From Brachybacterium sp. (GTDB lineage Bacteria > Actinomycetota > Actinomycetes > Actinomycetales > Dermabacteraceae): 64,000 nt of DNA. The notes beneath the pieces are model-generated. The model saw only the letters and a program-made list of their open reading frames with translations, made no database searches and was not told where the DNA came from. Of this stretch, positions 8,408 to 20,018 are shown piece by piece; position 1 is the stretch's first letter; each line of letters starts with the position of its first letter. Position numbers and translations under genes: made by a program. The stretch lies in assembly GCF_052099115.1 (NCBI RefSeq), contig NZ_JBQDQS010000011.1; one strand, 5' to 3'.

Positions 8408-9141
8408 ACGGGGCTGTCCTCTCCACGGCTGGGGCTCAGCGGTGAGTCGGCATCGGAGGCCTCCTCGTGCTCGTCGACGCCCTTCTCCGCCTCGCGACGC
8501 TCTGCCCGTCGGTCCAGAGCTCGGTGCAGAACGGCGATCAGCCGCTCGAGGATCAGGGCTACCACCACCGCGGCGATCAGCGCGACGGTGATCGCCAGCA
8601 GATGGTGATCGGCGAACCAGGCCCCGGCGATCGCCCCGATCGCGCACGAGTAGACCGCCCACACGAAGGTGGACAGCAGCGAGCGGGGCCAGAAGTTGCG
8701 GTGGGGGTAGTGCACAGCGCCGGCGACCAGGTTCACCGCGGTGCGGCCGAAGGGGATGTAGCGCGCGGTCATCAGGAACACCAGCGCCCGCTTCTGCAGA
8801 CCGCGCTCGGCGGCCTCGACCGCCGTGCGCCCCTTCCCCTCGCGCAGGAACCGGAACCGGTCGGCGCCGACCTTGCTGCCGATCAGGTAGCCGATGTTGT
8901 CCCCGGTCCAGGCACCCATCCAGGCGGCCAGGGCGATGAAGATGATCGACGGCTGCCCCGAGCTCGACCACAGGGAGGAGAGGGTCACGATCGTCGACTC
9001 GCTGGGCACCGACGGGAAGAAGCCATCGAACGCGGCGAACAGGTACACCAGGAGATGGACCCACCAGGCGTCCGCGACACCGAGGATCCATTCCTCCAGC
9101 TGTCCGGTCAGTGACAGCAGCCACTCGATGGTGTCGCCCAT
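8404..9141 (-). CDS. DedA-family membrane protein
   Basis: DGFFPSVPSES, GAWTGDNIGYLIG, ARYIPFGRTAVNLVAG. Confidence 0.88.
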   Translation of the reverse strand: MGDTIEWLLSLTGQLEEWILGVADAWWVHLLVYLFAAFDGFFPSVPSESTIVTLSSLWSSSGQPSIIFIALAAWMGAWTGDNIGYLIGSKVGADRFRFLREGKGRTAVEAAERGLQKRALVFLMTARYIPFGRTAVNLVAGAVHYPHRNFWPRSLLSTFVWAVYSCAIGAIAGAWFADHHLLAITVALIAAVVVALILERLIAVLHRALDRRAERREAEKGVDEHEEASDADSPLSPSRGEDSPV

Positions 9142-9268
9142 GCGTCCTCCCCGTCGACGGCCCCGGCGGATCGCCCGGGACCGGCCGGGCACGTCGAAGC
9201 GGGTTGTCGGGTCCGCACGGGCCCGGCCCGGTGGTGCTCGCGGCCCGGCGGAGCTGCCGGGGCGAGCA

Positions 9269-9306
9269 GTGGTGCCGGCCCCGCCCGGAGGCAGGGCCGG
9301 CACCAC
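9269..9306 (-). terminator. Hairpin immediately after the clpC stop (probable terminator)
   Basis: 13-bp inverted repeat gtggtgccggccc ... gggccggcaccac. Confidence 0.6.
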
Positions 9307-9309
9307 GGA

Positions 9310-11892
<2,583 letters not shown>

Positions 11893-11958
11893 GGTCCTCC
11901 CCCGTCCGGTGGTGGTGATGGATCGAGACTACGCGGATCCACCGAGGATGCGTCCCCT

Positions 11959-11994
11959 GTTCGCCGCTGGCGTGACGGCTGTTCGCCGAGGGCA
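11959..11994. promoter_or_regulatory. Two tandem ClgR-like operator boxes upstream of clpC
   Basis: GTTCGC-cgctg-GCG at 11959-11972 and GTTCGC-cgagg-GCA at 11981-11994; minus-strand TAGTCT -10-like hexamer at 11931-11926. Confidence 0.62.
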
Positions 11995-12146
11995 TGACAG
12001 CGTGCGGCCCGCGATCGTCATCGGCGACGTGACACCCCGACCGACCTGATGGTCGAGCTCCCCGCCCACCGGAACCCTCCCCCGTACCATGAGCTGGGTC
12101 ACAATGCCCAGTAATCCCCAGCAGGCCTGCACAGAAGGAGCTTCCC

Positions 12147-12386
12147 ATGGGCGCCATCGTCGGCGGCATCATCCTCTTCGTCCTCGGAGCGATCGCCCGT
12201 TTCGCTCTCGAGATCAACCTGCCGGGCGTCGACTCGGCGATGCTCGGCACCATCTTGATGGGCGCGGGCGCCGTGCTGTTCCTCGTGGGCCTGCTGCTGA
12301 TGCTGCGCTCGCGCAAGACGGTGGTGAACACCCAGCGCGCCCCGGGCCACTCGGTCTCCGAGCGACGGGACCCGCCGGTCGGCTGA
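12147..12386 (+). CDS. Small two-TM membrane protein (DUF6458-like)
   Basis: AGAAGGAG SD; MGAIVGGIILFVLGAIARFAL...LGTILMGAGAVLFLVGLLL, then a short polar tail. Confidence 0.7.
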   Translation: MGAIVGGIILFVLGAIARFALEINLPGVDSAMLGTILMGAGAVLFLVGLLLMLRSRKTVVNTQRAPGHSVSERRDPPVG

Positions 12387-12449
12387 GCAGCCCTGCTTCG
12401 GTCTTGTCGCCGGCCCCGCGCCGGCGGGCTCACCCTCGCAGTGCTGCAC

Positions 12450-12491
12450 CCTGACGCGACGGCGGCACTCGGAACGTCCTGACGCGACGGC
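12450..12491 (+). repeat. Exact 14-bp direct repeat (period 28) upstream of mqo
   Basis: cctgacgcgacggc at 12450-12463 and 12478-12491; TACGCT -10-like hexamer at 12509-12514. Confidence 0.75.
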
Positions 12492-12595
12492 CGCCTCCGG
12501 AGTCGAGATACGCTGATGGGCACGACCGCCCGGGGCCGTGCGAGGCAGCACGCCGACCGACCGCGGAGCGAGTGACGAGCAGCGAATGGAGAGAC

Positions 12596-14080
12596 ATGGC
12601 AGACCTGGACGTGACCCACGCGGATGCGGTGCTGATCGGCGGCGGGGTCGCCAGTGCGACGCTCGCCGCGATGCTCACCGAGCTCGAGCCGAGCTGGAAG
12701 ATCGTGGTTCTCGAACGCCTCCACACGCTCGGCGCCGAATCCAGCGACGGCTGGAACAACGCCGGCACCGGACACAGCGCCCTGTGCGAGCTGAACTACA
12801 CCCCGCAGGACGTGGACGGCTCCGTCAGCCCGGCCAAGGCGATCTCGATCAACGAGCAGTTCCAGGTCTCCCGGCAGTTCTGGGCGCACCTGGTGGAGAA
12901 CGACCGCATCGGTGACCCGAGCAGGTTCATCCACACCGTGCCGCACATGAGCTTCGTGCACGGGATGGAGAACGTCGACTATCTGAGCCGACGGCATCAG
13001 GCGCTGACCTCGAATCCTCTGTTCGACCGGATGGAGTTCACGACCGAGCATGCGCAGCTCGCGGACTGGGCCCCCCTGGTCGCCGAGGGCCGGCCGGTCA
13101 CCGAGACGATCGCCGCGACCCGCTCCCCGGACGGCACCGATGTCGATTTCGGTGCGCTGACCCGGGAGATGCTCGACTTCGCCTCCCGTGCCGGCACCAC
13201 CGTCTCCACCGGTTCCGAGGTCGTGGACCTGCGACGTCTGGGGACGGACTGGGGCGTGATGGTGCGGTCCACGAAGGACGATTCGATGAGCGTGGTGCGC
13301 GCGCCGTTCGTCTTCGTCGGCGCCGGGGGCTACGCGCTGCCTCTGCTGCAGAAGTCCGGGATCGACGAGATCCGCGGCTTCGGTGGCTTCCCGATCTCCG
13401 GTCAGTGGCTGCGCAGCACCGACCCCGAGACCATCGCCCGTCACGACGCGAAGGTGTACGGCAAGGCCGCGGTCGGGGCTCCCCCGATGAGCGTCCCGCA
13501 CCTGGACACCCGCTATGTGGACGGGAAGCGGTCCCTCATGTTCGGTCCGTACGCCGGCTGGTCGCCGAAGTTCCTGAAGACCGGCAAGTACACCGACCTC
13601 TTCGAGTCGATCAAGCCCTCGAACATCACCCAGATGATGGCCGTTGCCCCGCCGAACCTCGACCTGATGGCCTACCTCGGCTCGCAGCTCGCCTCGACCC
13701 ATCATCAGCGCTTCGAGGCCCTGCTCGAGTACATGCCGGCGGCGCGCGAGTCCGAGTGGGAGGAGGTCACCGCCGGGCAGCGCGTCCAGGTGATCGCCCC
13801 GGACAAGTCCAAGCACGGCGTGCTGCAGTTCGGCACCCAGCTGATCACCGCCGCGGACGGGTCCATCGGCGGCATGCTCGGCGCCTCCCCGGGCGCCTCG
13901 ACCGCGACCAGCATCCTGCTCGGCATGCTGGAGACGATGTTCCCGCAGCGCATCGAGGCCTGGCGGCCCGCCCTGACCCAGATGGTCCCGAGCTGGGGAC
14001 GGTCGCTGTCGGAGAACCCCGAGGAGGCACACCGGACGCTGGACCGCACGGCCGACGCGCTGGGCCTGACGCACGCCTGA
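12596..14080 (+). CDS. mqo: Malate:quinone oxidoreductase
   Basis: DAVLIGGGVASAT, ESSDGWNNAGTGHSALCELNYT, PPMSVPHLDTR, LGASPGAST. Confidence 0.97.
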   Translation: MADLDVTHADAVLIGGGVASATLAAMLTELEPSWKIVVLERLHTLGAESSDGWNNAGTGHSALCELNYTPQDVDGSVSPAKAISINEQFQVSRQFWAHLVENDRIGDPSRFIHTVPHMSFVHGMENVDYLSRRHQALTSNPLFDRMEFTTEHAQLADWAPLVAEGRPVTETIAATRSPDGTDVDFGALTREMLDFASRAGTTVSTGSEVVDLRRLGTDWGVMVRSTKDDSMSVVRAPFVFVGAGGYALPLLQKSGIDEIRGFGGFPISGQWLRSTDPETIARHDAKVYGKAAVGAPPMSVPHLDTRYVDGKRSLMFGPYAGWSPKFLKTGKYTDLFESIKPSNITQMMAVAPPNLDLMAYLGSQLASTHHQRFEALLEYMPAARESEWEEVTAGQRVQVIAPDKSKHGVLQFGTQLITAADGSIGGMLGASPGASTATSILLGMLETMFPQRIEAWRPALTQMVPSWGRSLSENPEEAHRTLDRTADALGLTHA

Positions 14081-14093
14081 CGGCGGCTCGCAC

Positions 14094-14120
14094 CCGTCCC
14101 TCCCCATGCGGGGAGGGACG
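14094..14120 (+). terminator. 11-bp hairpin between mqo and lutA (no U-tract)
   Basis: ccgtccctccc-catgc-gggagggacgg. Confidence 0.5.
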
Positions 14121-14164
14121 GAGCCGGCGGGCCGTGAGAGCACGACGAGGAAGAAGGACAGCGC

Positions 14165-14971
14165 ATGCGCATCTCCCTGATGACCACGTGTCTGGTGGAC
14201 GTGATGGCTCCGGACGTGGCCCGGGCGACGGTCGTCCTGCTGGAGCGGCTCGGCCACGAGGTGGTGTTCGACAAGCGCCAGACGTGCTGCGGCCAGATGC
14301 ACACGAACTCGGGCTACTACACCGAGGCGGCACCCATCGTGCGCTCCTTCGTGGACACCTTCGAACCGGCGCTGGAGACCGTCGATGCCATCGTGATGCC
14401 GTCCGGCTCCTGCGCCGGCTGTGTGCGCGACCAGCACCAGCTGGTGGCGCGGCACCAGGGGGACAGCGCACTCGAGCAGCGGATCGCGGCGGTCTCGGCG
14501 AAGACCTATGAGCTCTCGGAGCTGCTGGTGGATGTGCTCAAGGTGACCGATGTCGGCGCGTACTTCCCGCACTCGGTGACCTACCACCCCACCTGCCACT
14601 CGATGCGCTTCCTCAAGGTGGGTGCGCGACCGCTGAAGCTGCTGCGCGCGGTCGCGGGGCTCGAGATGAAGAACCTGCCCGAGTCCGACACCTGCTGCGG
14701 CTTCGGCGGCACCTTCTCCGTGAAGAACGACGCCACCAGCAATGCGATGGTCACCGACAAGGCCGCGAACGTGGTGGCCAGCGGGGCCGAGTTCGTGGTC
14801 GCGGGGGATGCCTCGTGTCTGCTGAACATCGGCGGCAAGCTGCGCCGCACGAGTGCGTCGAGCACGTCGAGCACTGCGCCCCGCGCCGTGCACCTCGCCC
14901 AGATCCTCGCCTCGACCCAGGAGGACCCCTTCGTCCCGGCGGAGACCATTCTCGGGAGGGCCGCTCAGTGA
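14165..14971 (+). CDS. lutA: L-lactate utilization protein A (LutA/YkgE/LldE, CCG domains)
   Basis: TTCLVD, QTCCGQMHTNSG, PSGSCAG, YHPTCHSMR, CCGFGGTFSVKN, DASCLLNIGG. Confidence 0.9.
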   Translation: MRISLMTTCLVDVMAPDVARATVVLLERLGHEVVFDKRQTCCGQMHTNSGYYTEAAPIVRSFVDTFEPALETVDAIVMPSGSCAGCVRDQHQLVARHQGDSALEQRIAAVSAKTYELSELLVDVLKVTDVGAYFPHSVTYHPTCHSMRFLKVGARPLKLLRAVAGLEMKNLPESDTCCGFGGTFSVKNDATSNAMVTDKAANVVASGAEFVVAGDASCLLNIGGKLRRTSASSTSSTAPRAVHLAQILASTQEDPFVPAETILGRAAQ

Positions 14972-16572
14972 GCACCGTGCACCTCGGCATCCCCACCGTC
15001 CGGCCCCAGCACGCCTCCCCCAGCTCACTGCTGCGCGGCGAGAGCGGCTTCCCGGAGGCGGCACGTGAGGACCTCGCCGACGAGACCCTGCGCGAGAATC
15101 TCCGTCACGCCACCTCCACGATCCAGTCCAAGCGCACCGCGGCGGTGCGCGAGGTGCGTGACTGGCAGAAGCTCCGCAGCGCCGGGAGCGCACTGAAATG
15201 GCAGGTCACCGATCATCTCCCAGAACTCCTGGAGCAGCTCGAGACGTCCGTGACCGCGGCCGGCGGTGTGGTGCACTGGGCGCGCGACGCGGAGGAGGCC
15301 GGAGAGATCGTCACCGCCCTGGCGCTCGAGCGCGGCGCCCAGGAGGTCCTGAAGGCCACGTCGATGGCGACCCAGGAGATCGGCCTGAACGAGGTGCTCG
15401 CCCACGCCGGGATCCGGGCGATCGAATCCGATCTGGCCGAGCTCATCGTGCAGCTCGCCGGGGACACCCCGTCCCACATCCTGGTGCCTGCGATCCACCG
15501 CAATCGCTCCGAGATCCGGGACATCTTCCTATCGGCGATGCCGGACCTCGACCCCTCGATCACCGACGAACCGGCCGAGCTCGCCGAGGCCGCGCGCCGC
15601 TTCCTGCGCGAGAAGTTCCTGGAGATGCCCGGCTCGGTGGCGATCTCCGGGGCGAACTTCGCCGTCGCCGAGACCGGCACCCTGGTGGTCGTCGAGTCCG
15701 AGGGCAACGGCCGCATGTGCCTGACCCTGCCCAGGACCCTCATCTCCGTGGTCGGCATCGAGAAGATCGTGCCGAGCTTCCAGGATCTCGAGGTGTTCCT
15801 GCAGCTGCTGCCCCGTTCCTCCACCGGGGAGCGGATGACCCCGTACACGACCCTGTTCACCGGCGTCCACGAGGGGGACGGGCCCGAGGAGTTCCACCTG
15901 GTGCTGCTGGACAATGGCCGCTCCGCGGTCCTCGAGGACCCCGAGGGGCGCAGCGCCCTGCACTGCATCCGCTGCTCCGCCTGCTTGAACGTCTGCCCGG
16001 TCTATGCGCGCACCGGCGGTCGCGCCTACGGCTCCACCTATCCCGGTCCGATCGGCGCGATCCTCTCGCCGCAGATGACCGGGATGCACGGCGACGACGA
16101 CCCGAACTCGACGCTGCCATACGCCTCGAGCCTGTGCGGCGCCTGCTACGACGTGTGCCCGGTGAAGATCAACATCCCTGAGATCCTGGTGCATCTGCGC
16201 GCTGAGGACGTCGACCGGCGGCGAGAGACCCGCGGCGAGTTCCACAGCACCTGGGATGTGGCGCTGCAGGGTGCGAGCAAGCTGATGTCCTCGCCCCGTG
16301 CCTACGACATCGCAGTGCGCTCGGCAGGACCGCTCAGCTCGGTGCTGCCCGGGAAGAACATCGGCACGCTGCCCGGGATGCTGCCCCTGATGCCGGGCTG
16401 GACCGACCATCGTGATCTGCCCAAGCCCGGGCCCTCCTTCCGCACCTGGTGGGACCAGCACGAGAAGGATCGCGCCGGGCGCGGGTCGGCGGCGGGACCG
16501 CGGGCCGACGGCGGCACCGCCGAGGAGGCACCCGCCGACGGGTCGGGCACCGGGGACGAGGAGCGCTCATGA
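14968..16572 (+). CDS. lutB: L-lactate utilization protein B (LutB/YkgF/LldF, 4Fe-4S)
   Basis: GTG overlapping the lutA stop; SMATQEIGLN, PSHILVPAIH, ESEGNGR, CIRCSACLNVCP, YPGPIGA, SSLCGACYDVCPVKI. Confidence 0.92.
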   Translation: MSTVHLGIPTVRPQHASPSSLLRGESGFPEAAREDLADETLRENLRHATSTIQSKRTAAVREVRDWQKLRSAGSALKWQVTDHLPELLEQLETSVTAAGGVVHWARDAEEAGEIVTALALERGAQEVLKATSMATQEIGLNEVLAHAGIRAIESDLAELIVQLAGDTPSHILVPAIHRNRSEIRDIFLSAMPDLDPSITDEPAELAEAARRFLREKFLEMPGSVAISGANFAVAETGTLVVVESEGNGRMCLTLPRTLISVVGIEKIVPSFQDLEVFLQLLPRSSTGERMTPYTTLFTGVHEGDGPEEFHLVLLDNGRSAVLEDPEGRSALHCIRCSACLNVCPVYARTGGRAYGSTYPGPIGAILSPQMTGMHGDDDPNSTLPYASSLCGACYDVCPVKINIPEILVHLRAEDVDRRRETRGEFHSTWDVALQGASKLMSSPRAYDIAVRSAGPLSSVLPGKNIGTLPGMLPLMPGWTDHRDLPKPGPSFRTWWDQHEKDRAGRGSAAGPRADGGTAEEAPADGSGTGDEERS

Positions 16573-17357
16573 GCGCGTGGCAGGACACCCGCCCCGGCCG
16601 CACCCCGGGGATGAGCGCGAAGGACGAGATCCTCGCCCGGCTCCGGACCGCACTGGCGGTGCCGCGCCGTGACGAGGTCACCGAGGCCGACGATGTGCCG
16701 CGCACCTACCAGCGGGCCGACGACAAGCAGGAGGTCCGCACCGCGCCCGAGAAGGTGCGCGGGGTGCTCGTGCGGCGCCTGGAGGACTACACCGCGACCG
16801 TCCATCGCACCACCGCGGCCACCGCCCCGGCGGTGATCGCCGGTGCCCTCGGTGCGGCGCGCAGTGCGGTGATCCCCTCCGGACTGCCCAGCACCTGGCT
16901 CGAGCAGATCGAGGCCTCGCTGGTGGTCGACGACGGCACCGCCACGCCGCACGAGCTCGACGCGATCGATGCGGTGCTCACCGGCTGCCATACGGCGATC
17001 GCCCAGACCGGCACCCTCGTGCTGCGAGCCGACGACCTCGGAGGGCGGCGGGCGATCACCCTGGTGCCCGACCACCACGTGGTGGTCGTCGCGGCCGAGC
17101 AGGTGGTGCTCGGCGTCCCCAGGGCGATCGAGCGCATGGCGGAGGATGCCGCTGCAGCCTGGACCATGATCTCCGGACCGAGCGCGACCAGCGACATCGA
17201 GCTCGACCGGGTCGAGGGCGTGCACGGGCCGCGCCGCCTCGAGGTGATCCTCATCGAGCCGGAACCGGACCCCGAGCCCGAGCCCCAGCCCGAGCCCCAG
17301 CCCGCCCAGAACCCCACCCCGGCCACCCCGGCCAGCACCCAGGAGAAGTCCTCATGA
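16569..17357 (+). CDS. lutC: L-lactate utilization protein C (LutC/YkgG/LldG) with Pro/Glu tail
   Basis: ATGA overlap with lutB; AIAQTGTLVL, ITLVPDHHVVVV, ISGPSATSDIELDRVEGVHGPRRLEV. A second in-frame ATGAGCGCG at 16611 is an alternative start. Confidence 0.9.
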   Translation: MSAWQDTRPGRTPGMSAKDEILARLRTALAVPRRDEVTEADDVPRTYQRADDKQEVRTAPEKVRGVLVRRLEDYTATVHRTTAATAPAVIAGALGAARSAVIPSGLPSTWLEQIEASLVVDDGTATPHELDAIDAVLTGCHTAIAQTGTLVLRADDLGGRRAITLVPDHHVVVVAAEQVVLGVPRAIERMAEDAAAAWTMISGPSATSDIELDRVEGVHGPRRLEVILIEPEPDPEPEPQPEPQPAQNPTPATPASTQEKSS

Positions 17358-18319
17358 ACGACGCCCCTGACACGACGGGCCTGGACCTGTCCGCCGCAGG
17401 CCCCGCCCGCGATCGCGGCGAGCTGTTCACCCTCGAGGCCGGGGCGTATCGGGCGGAGATCTCCTCGGTGGGAGCGATCCTCGAGTCCCTCACCATCGGC
17501 GGACGTGACCTGCTGGTGCGCAGCCCCGAGACCGGGCCCATGCAGTTCTACCGCGGCGCGATCGTCGCGCCGTGGCCCAATCGGATCGGCGACGGCACCT
17601 ACACCTGGGACGGTCAGGAGATCCGCACCGCGCTCACCGAGCCCGAGCGCGGCAATGCGCTGCACGGCCTGGTCTGTTTCCAGGCCTTCTCCCCGACAGC
17701 CCTCTCGGAGGACGAGCTGGTGCTGCGCACCGAGCTCTTCCCTTCCCCGGGGTACCCCTTCCACCTGCTGCTGACCGTGCACTATGCACTGGATCCGCAG
17801 GAGGGTCTGACCACCACGGTGACCGCTCGCAACCTCGGTGCGCAGGACGCCCCCTACGGGGTGTGCCCCCACCCGTACCTGGTCGCCGGGACGGAGCCGT
17901 TGGATACGTGGTCGCTGCAGGTCGAGACCGGGACCGTGCTCACCGTCACCGAGGATCGGCTGCTGCCCACCGGCACCGCCCCGGTCACCCCCGGTGGCGA
18001 CTTCGACTTCCGCACGGCGAAGACCCTCGGACCGCTGTTCATCGACCACGCCTTCACCGACCTCGGCAGGGATGGTCAGGGACGGGTCGTGGTGAGCGTC
18101 TCCGCTCCCGGCGGCACCGGGGTGGAGCTGACCGCCGGCCCGGAGTGCCCCTGGCTGCAGATCCATACCGGTGACCGTCCGGAGCCGGAGAACAACCGGC
18201 GCGGTCTCGCCGTGGAGCCGATGACCTGCCCGCCCGATGCCTTCCGCAGCGGCACCGATGTGGTGAGGCTGACCTCCGGCGCCGAGCACGCCGCCTCCTG
18301 GTCCCTGCGGGGCTGGTGA
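17354..18319 (+). CDS. Aldose 1-epimerase (galactose mutarotase-like) family protein
   Basis: APWPNRIGDG, NALHGLV, GYPFHL, HPYL, IDHAF, LAVEPMTCPPDAF; ATGA overlap with lutC. Confidence 0.88.
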   Translation: MNDAPDTTGLDLSAAGPARDRGELFTLEAGAYRAEISSVGAILESLTIGGRDLLVRSPETGPMQFYRGAIVAPWPNRIGDGTYTWDGQEIRTALTEPERGNALHGLVCFQAFSPTALSEDELVLRTELFPSPGYPFHLLLTVHYALDPQEGLTTTVTARNLGAQDAPYGVCPHPYLVAGTEPLDTWSLQVETGTVLTVTEDRLLPTGTAPVTPGGDFDFRTAKTLGPLFIDHAFTDLGRDGQGRVVVSVSAPGGTGVELTAGPECPWLQIHTGDRPEPENNRRGLAVEPMTCPPDAFRSGTDVVRLTSGAEHAASWSLRGW

Positions 18320-18465
18320 GCGGGCTCGCGGAGCGCGGGCTGCGCACAGGACGAGGGACGGGCCGAGGCGGCGCGTGAGTCGCCGGAGGGCCGCTGGCGA
18401 CGGGGCCGGCTGATCGCGCAGAGGCGATGCGGCGCCTGCAGGAGCACCGAGGTCGAAACTTTCAG

Positions 18466-18508
18466 TTGATTGACCGGAAACGTCATATACTCTGGTGACC
18501 ATGGTCAC
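18466..18508 (+). promoter_or_regulatory. Putative leaderless promoter of the sugar ABC operon, with a palindrome over the start codon
   Basis: TTGATT (18466-71), 16 nt, TACTCT (18488-93), 7 nt, ATG 18501; palindrome GTGACCATGGTCAC at 18495-18508. Confidence 0.5.
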
Positions 18509-20018
18509 AGCCGACCCCCCAGCGCCTCTGTTGCGCGTCACGAATCTGATCAAGCACTTCCCCGGCGCGAAGGCGCTCGACGGAGTGGACTTCGACGTCC
18601 GCGCCGGCGAGGTCCATTGCCTGCTCGGGCAGAACGGTGCGGGCAAGTCCACACTGATCAAGGTCCTCGCCGGTGCTCACCAGCCCGATGCCGGACAGCT
18701 CCATTGGCAGGGCGAGCTGGCGACGATCCCGTCGCCCACCACGGCGCTCGACCTCGGCATTGCCACCATGTATCAGGAGCTCGACGTGGTCGACGGCCTG
18801 ACGGTGGCGGAGAACATCTATCTGGGCCACGAGCTCTCCCGCGGCGGGCTGCTCCGGCACGCCGAGGCGCGCACCCGCACCCGGGACCTGCTGCGCCGCC
18901 TCGGGCACCCGGAGATACGACCGGGCCAGGACGTGGGGAGCCTGTCGGCGGCGGGCAAGCAGATCGTCTCGATGGCGCGCGCCCTGTCCCACGACGCCAA
19001 GGTGATCGTCATGGACGAGCCCTCTGCGGTGCTCGATCCCGAGGAGGTGGACAAGCTCTTCCACGTCGTCGACTCGCTCACCGCCGAGGGCCTGTCCGTC
19101 ATCTACATCTCCCACCGATTGGAGGAGATCCGTCGCATCGGGGACCGGATCACCGTGCTCAAGGACGGCAGGACCGTCGCCTCCGGGCTCGCGGTCGCAG
19201 AGACCCGCACCGGTGACCTCATCGAGATGATGACCGGACGCCGGGTCGAGAGCGACTTCGGCGGCACCGGGGTCGAGGAGGTCGGCGAGGTGGTGCTGGA
19301 GGTGGCGGGACTCGCGCTCACCGACGTGTTCGAGGACGTGAGCTTCGAGGTCCGCGCCGGGCAGATCCTCGGCCTGGCGGGCCTGGTCGGTGCCGGGCGC
19401 TCCGAGATCCTCGAGACGCTCTACGGCGCACGACCGGCGGCCGCGGGCACCGTCAGGGTCCACGGGAGACCGGTCCGCCCCGGTTCTGTCGCCCGCGCGG
19501 TGCACCGCGGCATCGGACTCGCTCCGGAGGAGCGCAAGAGCCAGGGCCTGCTGCTTGATGAGCCCGTCTATCGCAACATCACGCTGTCCACCTTCGCCCG
19601 GTTCGCGCGCGGCGGCTTCCTCGACGAGCGCGCCGAACGGCGGGCCGCCGAGGAGCAGATCACGGCGCTCCACCTGGCGCCGGCTGATCCCGATCGTGCG
19701 ATCAGGACCCTGTCCGGAGGCAATCAGCAGAAGGCGATGCTGGCCCGCTGGCTGGTGCACGGCTGCGAGGTCCTGCTGCTGGACGAGCCGACGCGCGGCG
19801 TCGACGTCGGTGCCCGCGCCGAGATCTACACCCTGATCCGGCGCCTGGCACGCCAGGGCACCACCGTCGTCATGGTCTCCAGCGAGATCGACGAGGTGCT
19901 CGGCCTCGCCGATCAGGTCCTCGTCATCGCCGACGGCACTGTCGTGCACGAGGGACCCACCGCCGAGATCGACGAGCACGGGGTGCTCGACCTCATCATG
20001 GAAGGAACCCGCATATGA
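18501..20018 (+). CDS. Monosaccharide ABC transporter ATP-binding protein (RbsA/MglA type, two NBDs)
   Basis: GQNGAGKSTLIK, MDEPSA, YISHRLEEI, EERKSQG, LSGGNQQK, LLDEPTRGVDVGA. Confidence 0.95.
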   Translation: MVTADPPAPLLRVTNLIKHFPGAKALDGVDFDVRAGEVHCLLGQNGAGKSTLIKVLAGAHQPDAGQLHWQGELATIPSPTTALDLGIATMYQELDVVDGLTVAENIYLGHELSRGGLLRHAEARTRTRDLLRRLGHPEIRPGQDVGSLSAAGKQIVSMARALSHDAKVIVMDEPSAVLDPEEVDKLFHVVDSLTAEGLSVIYISHRLEEIRRIGDRITVLKDGRTVASGLAVAETRTGDLIEMMTGRRVESDFGGTGVEEVGEVVLEVAGLALTDVFEDVSFEVRAGQILGLAGLVGAGRSEILETLYGARPAAAGTVRVHGRPVRPGSVARAVHRGIGLAPEERKSQGLLLDEPVYRNITLSTFARFARGGFLDERAERRAAEEQITALHLAPADPDRAIRTLSGGNQQKAMLARWLVHGCEVLLLDEPTRGVDVGARAEIYTLIRRLARQGTTVVMVSSEIDEVLGLADQVLVIADGTVVHEGPTAEIDEHGVLDLIMEGTRI

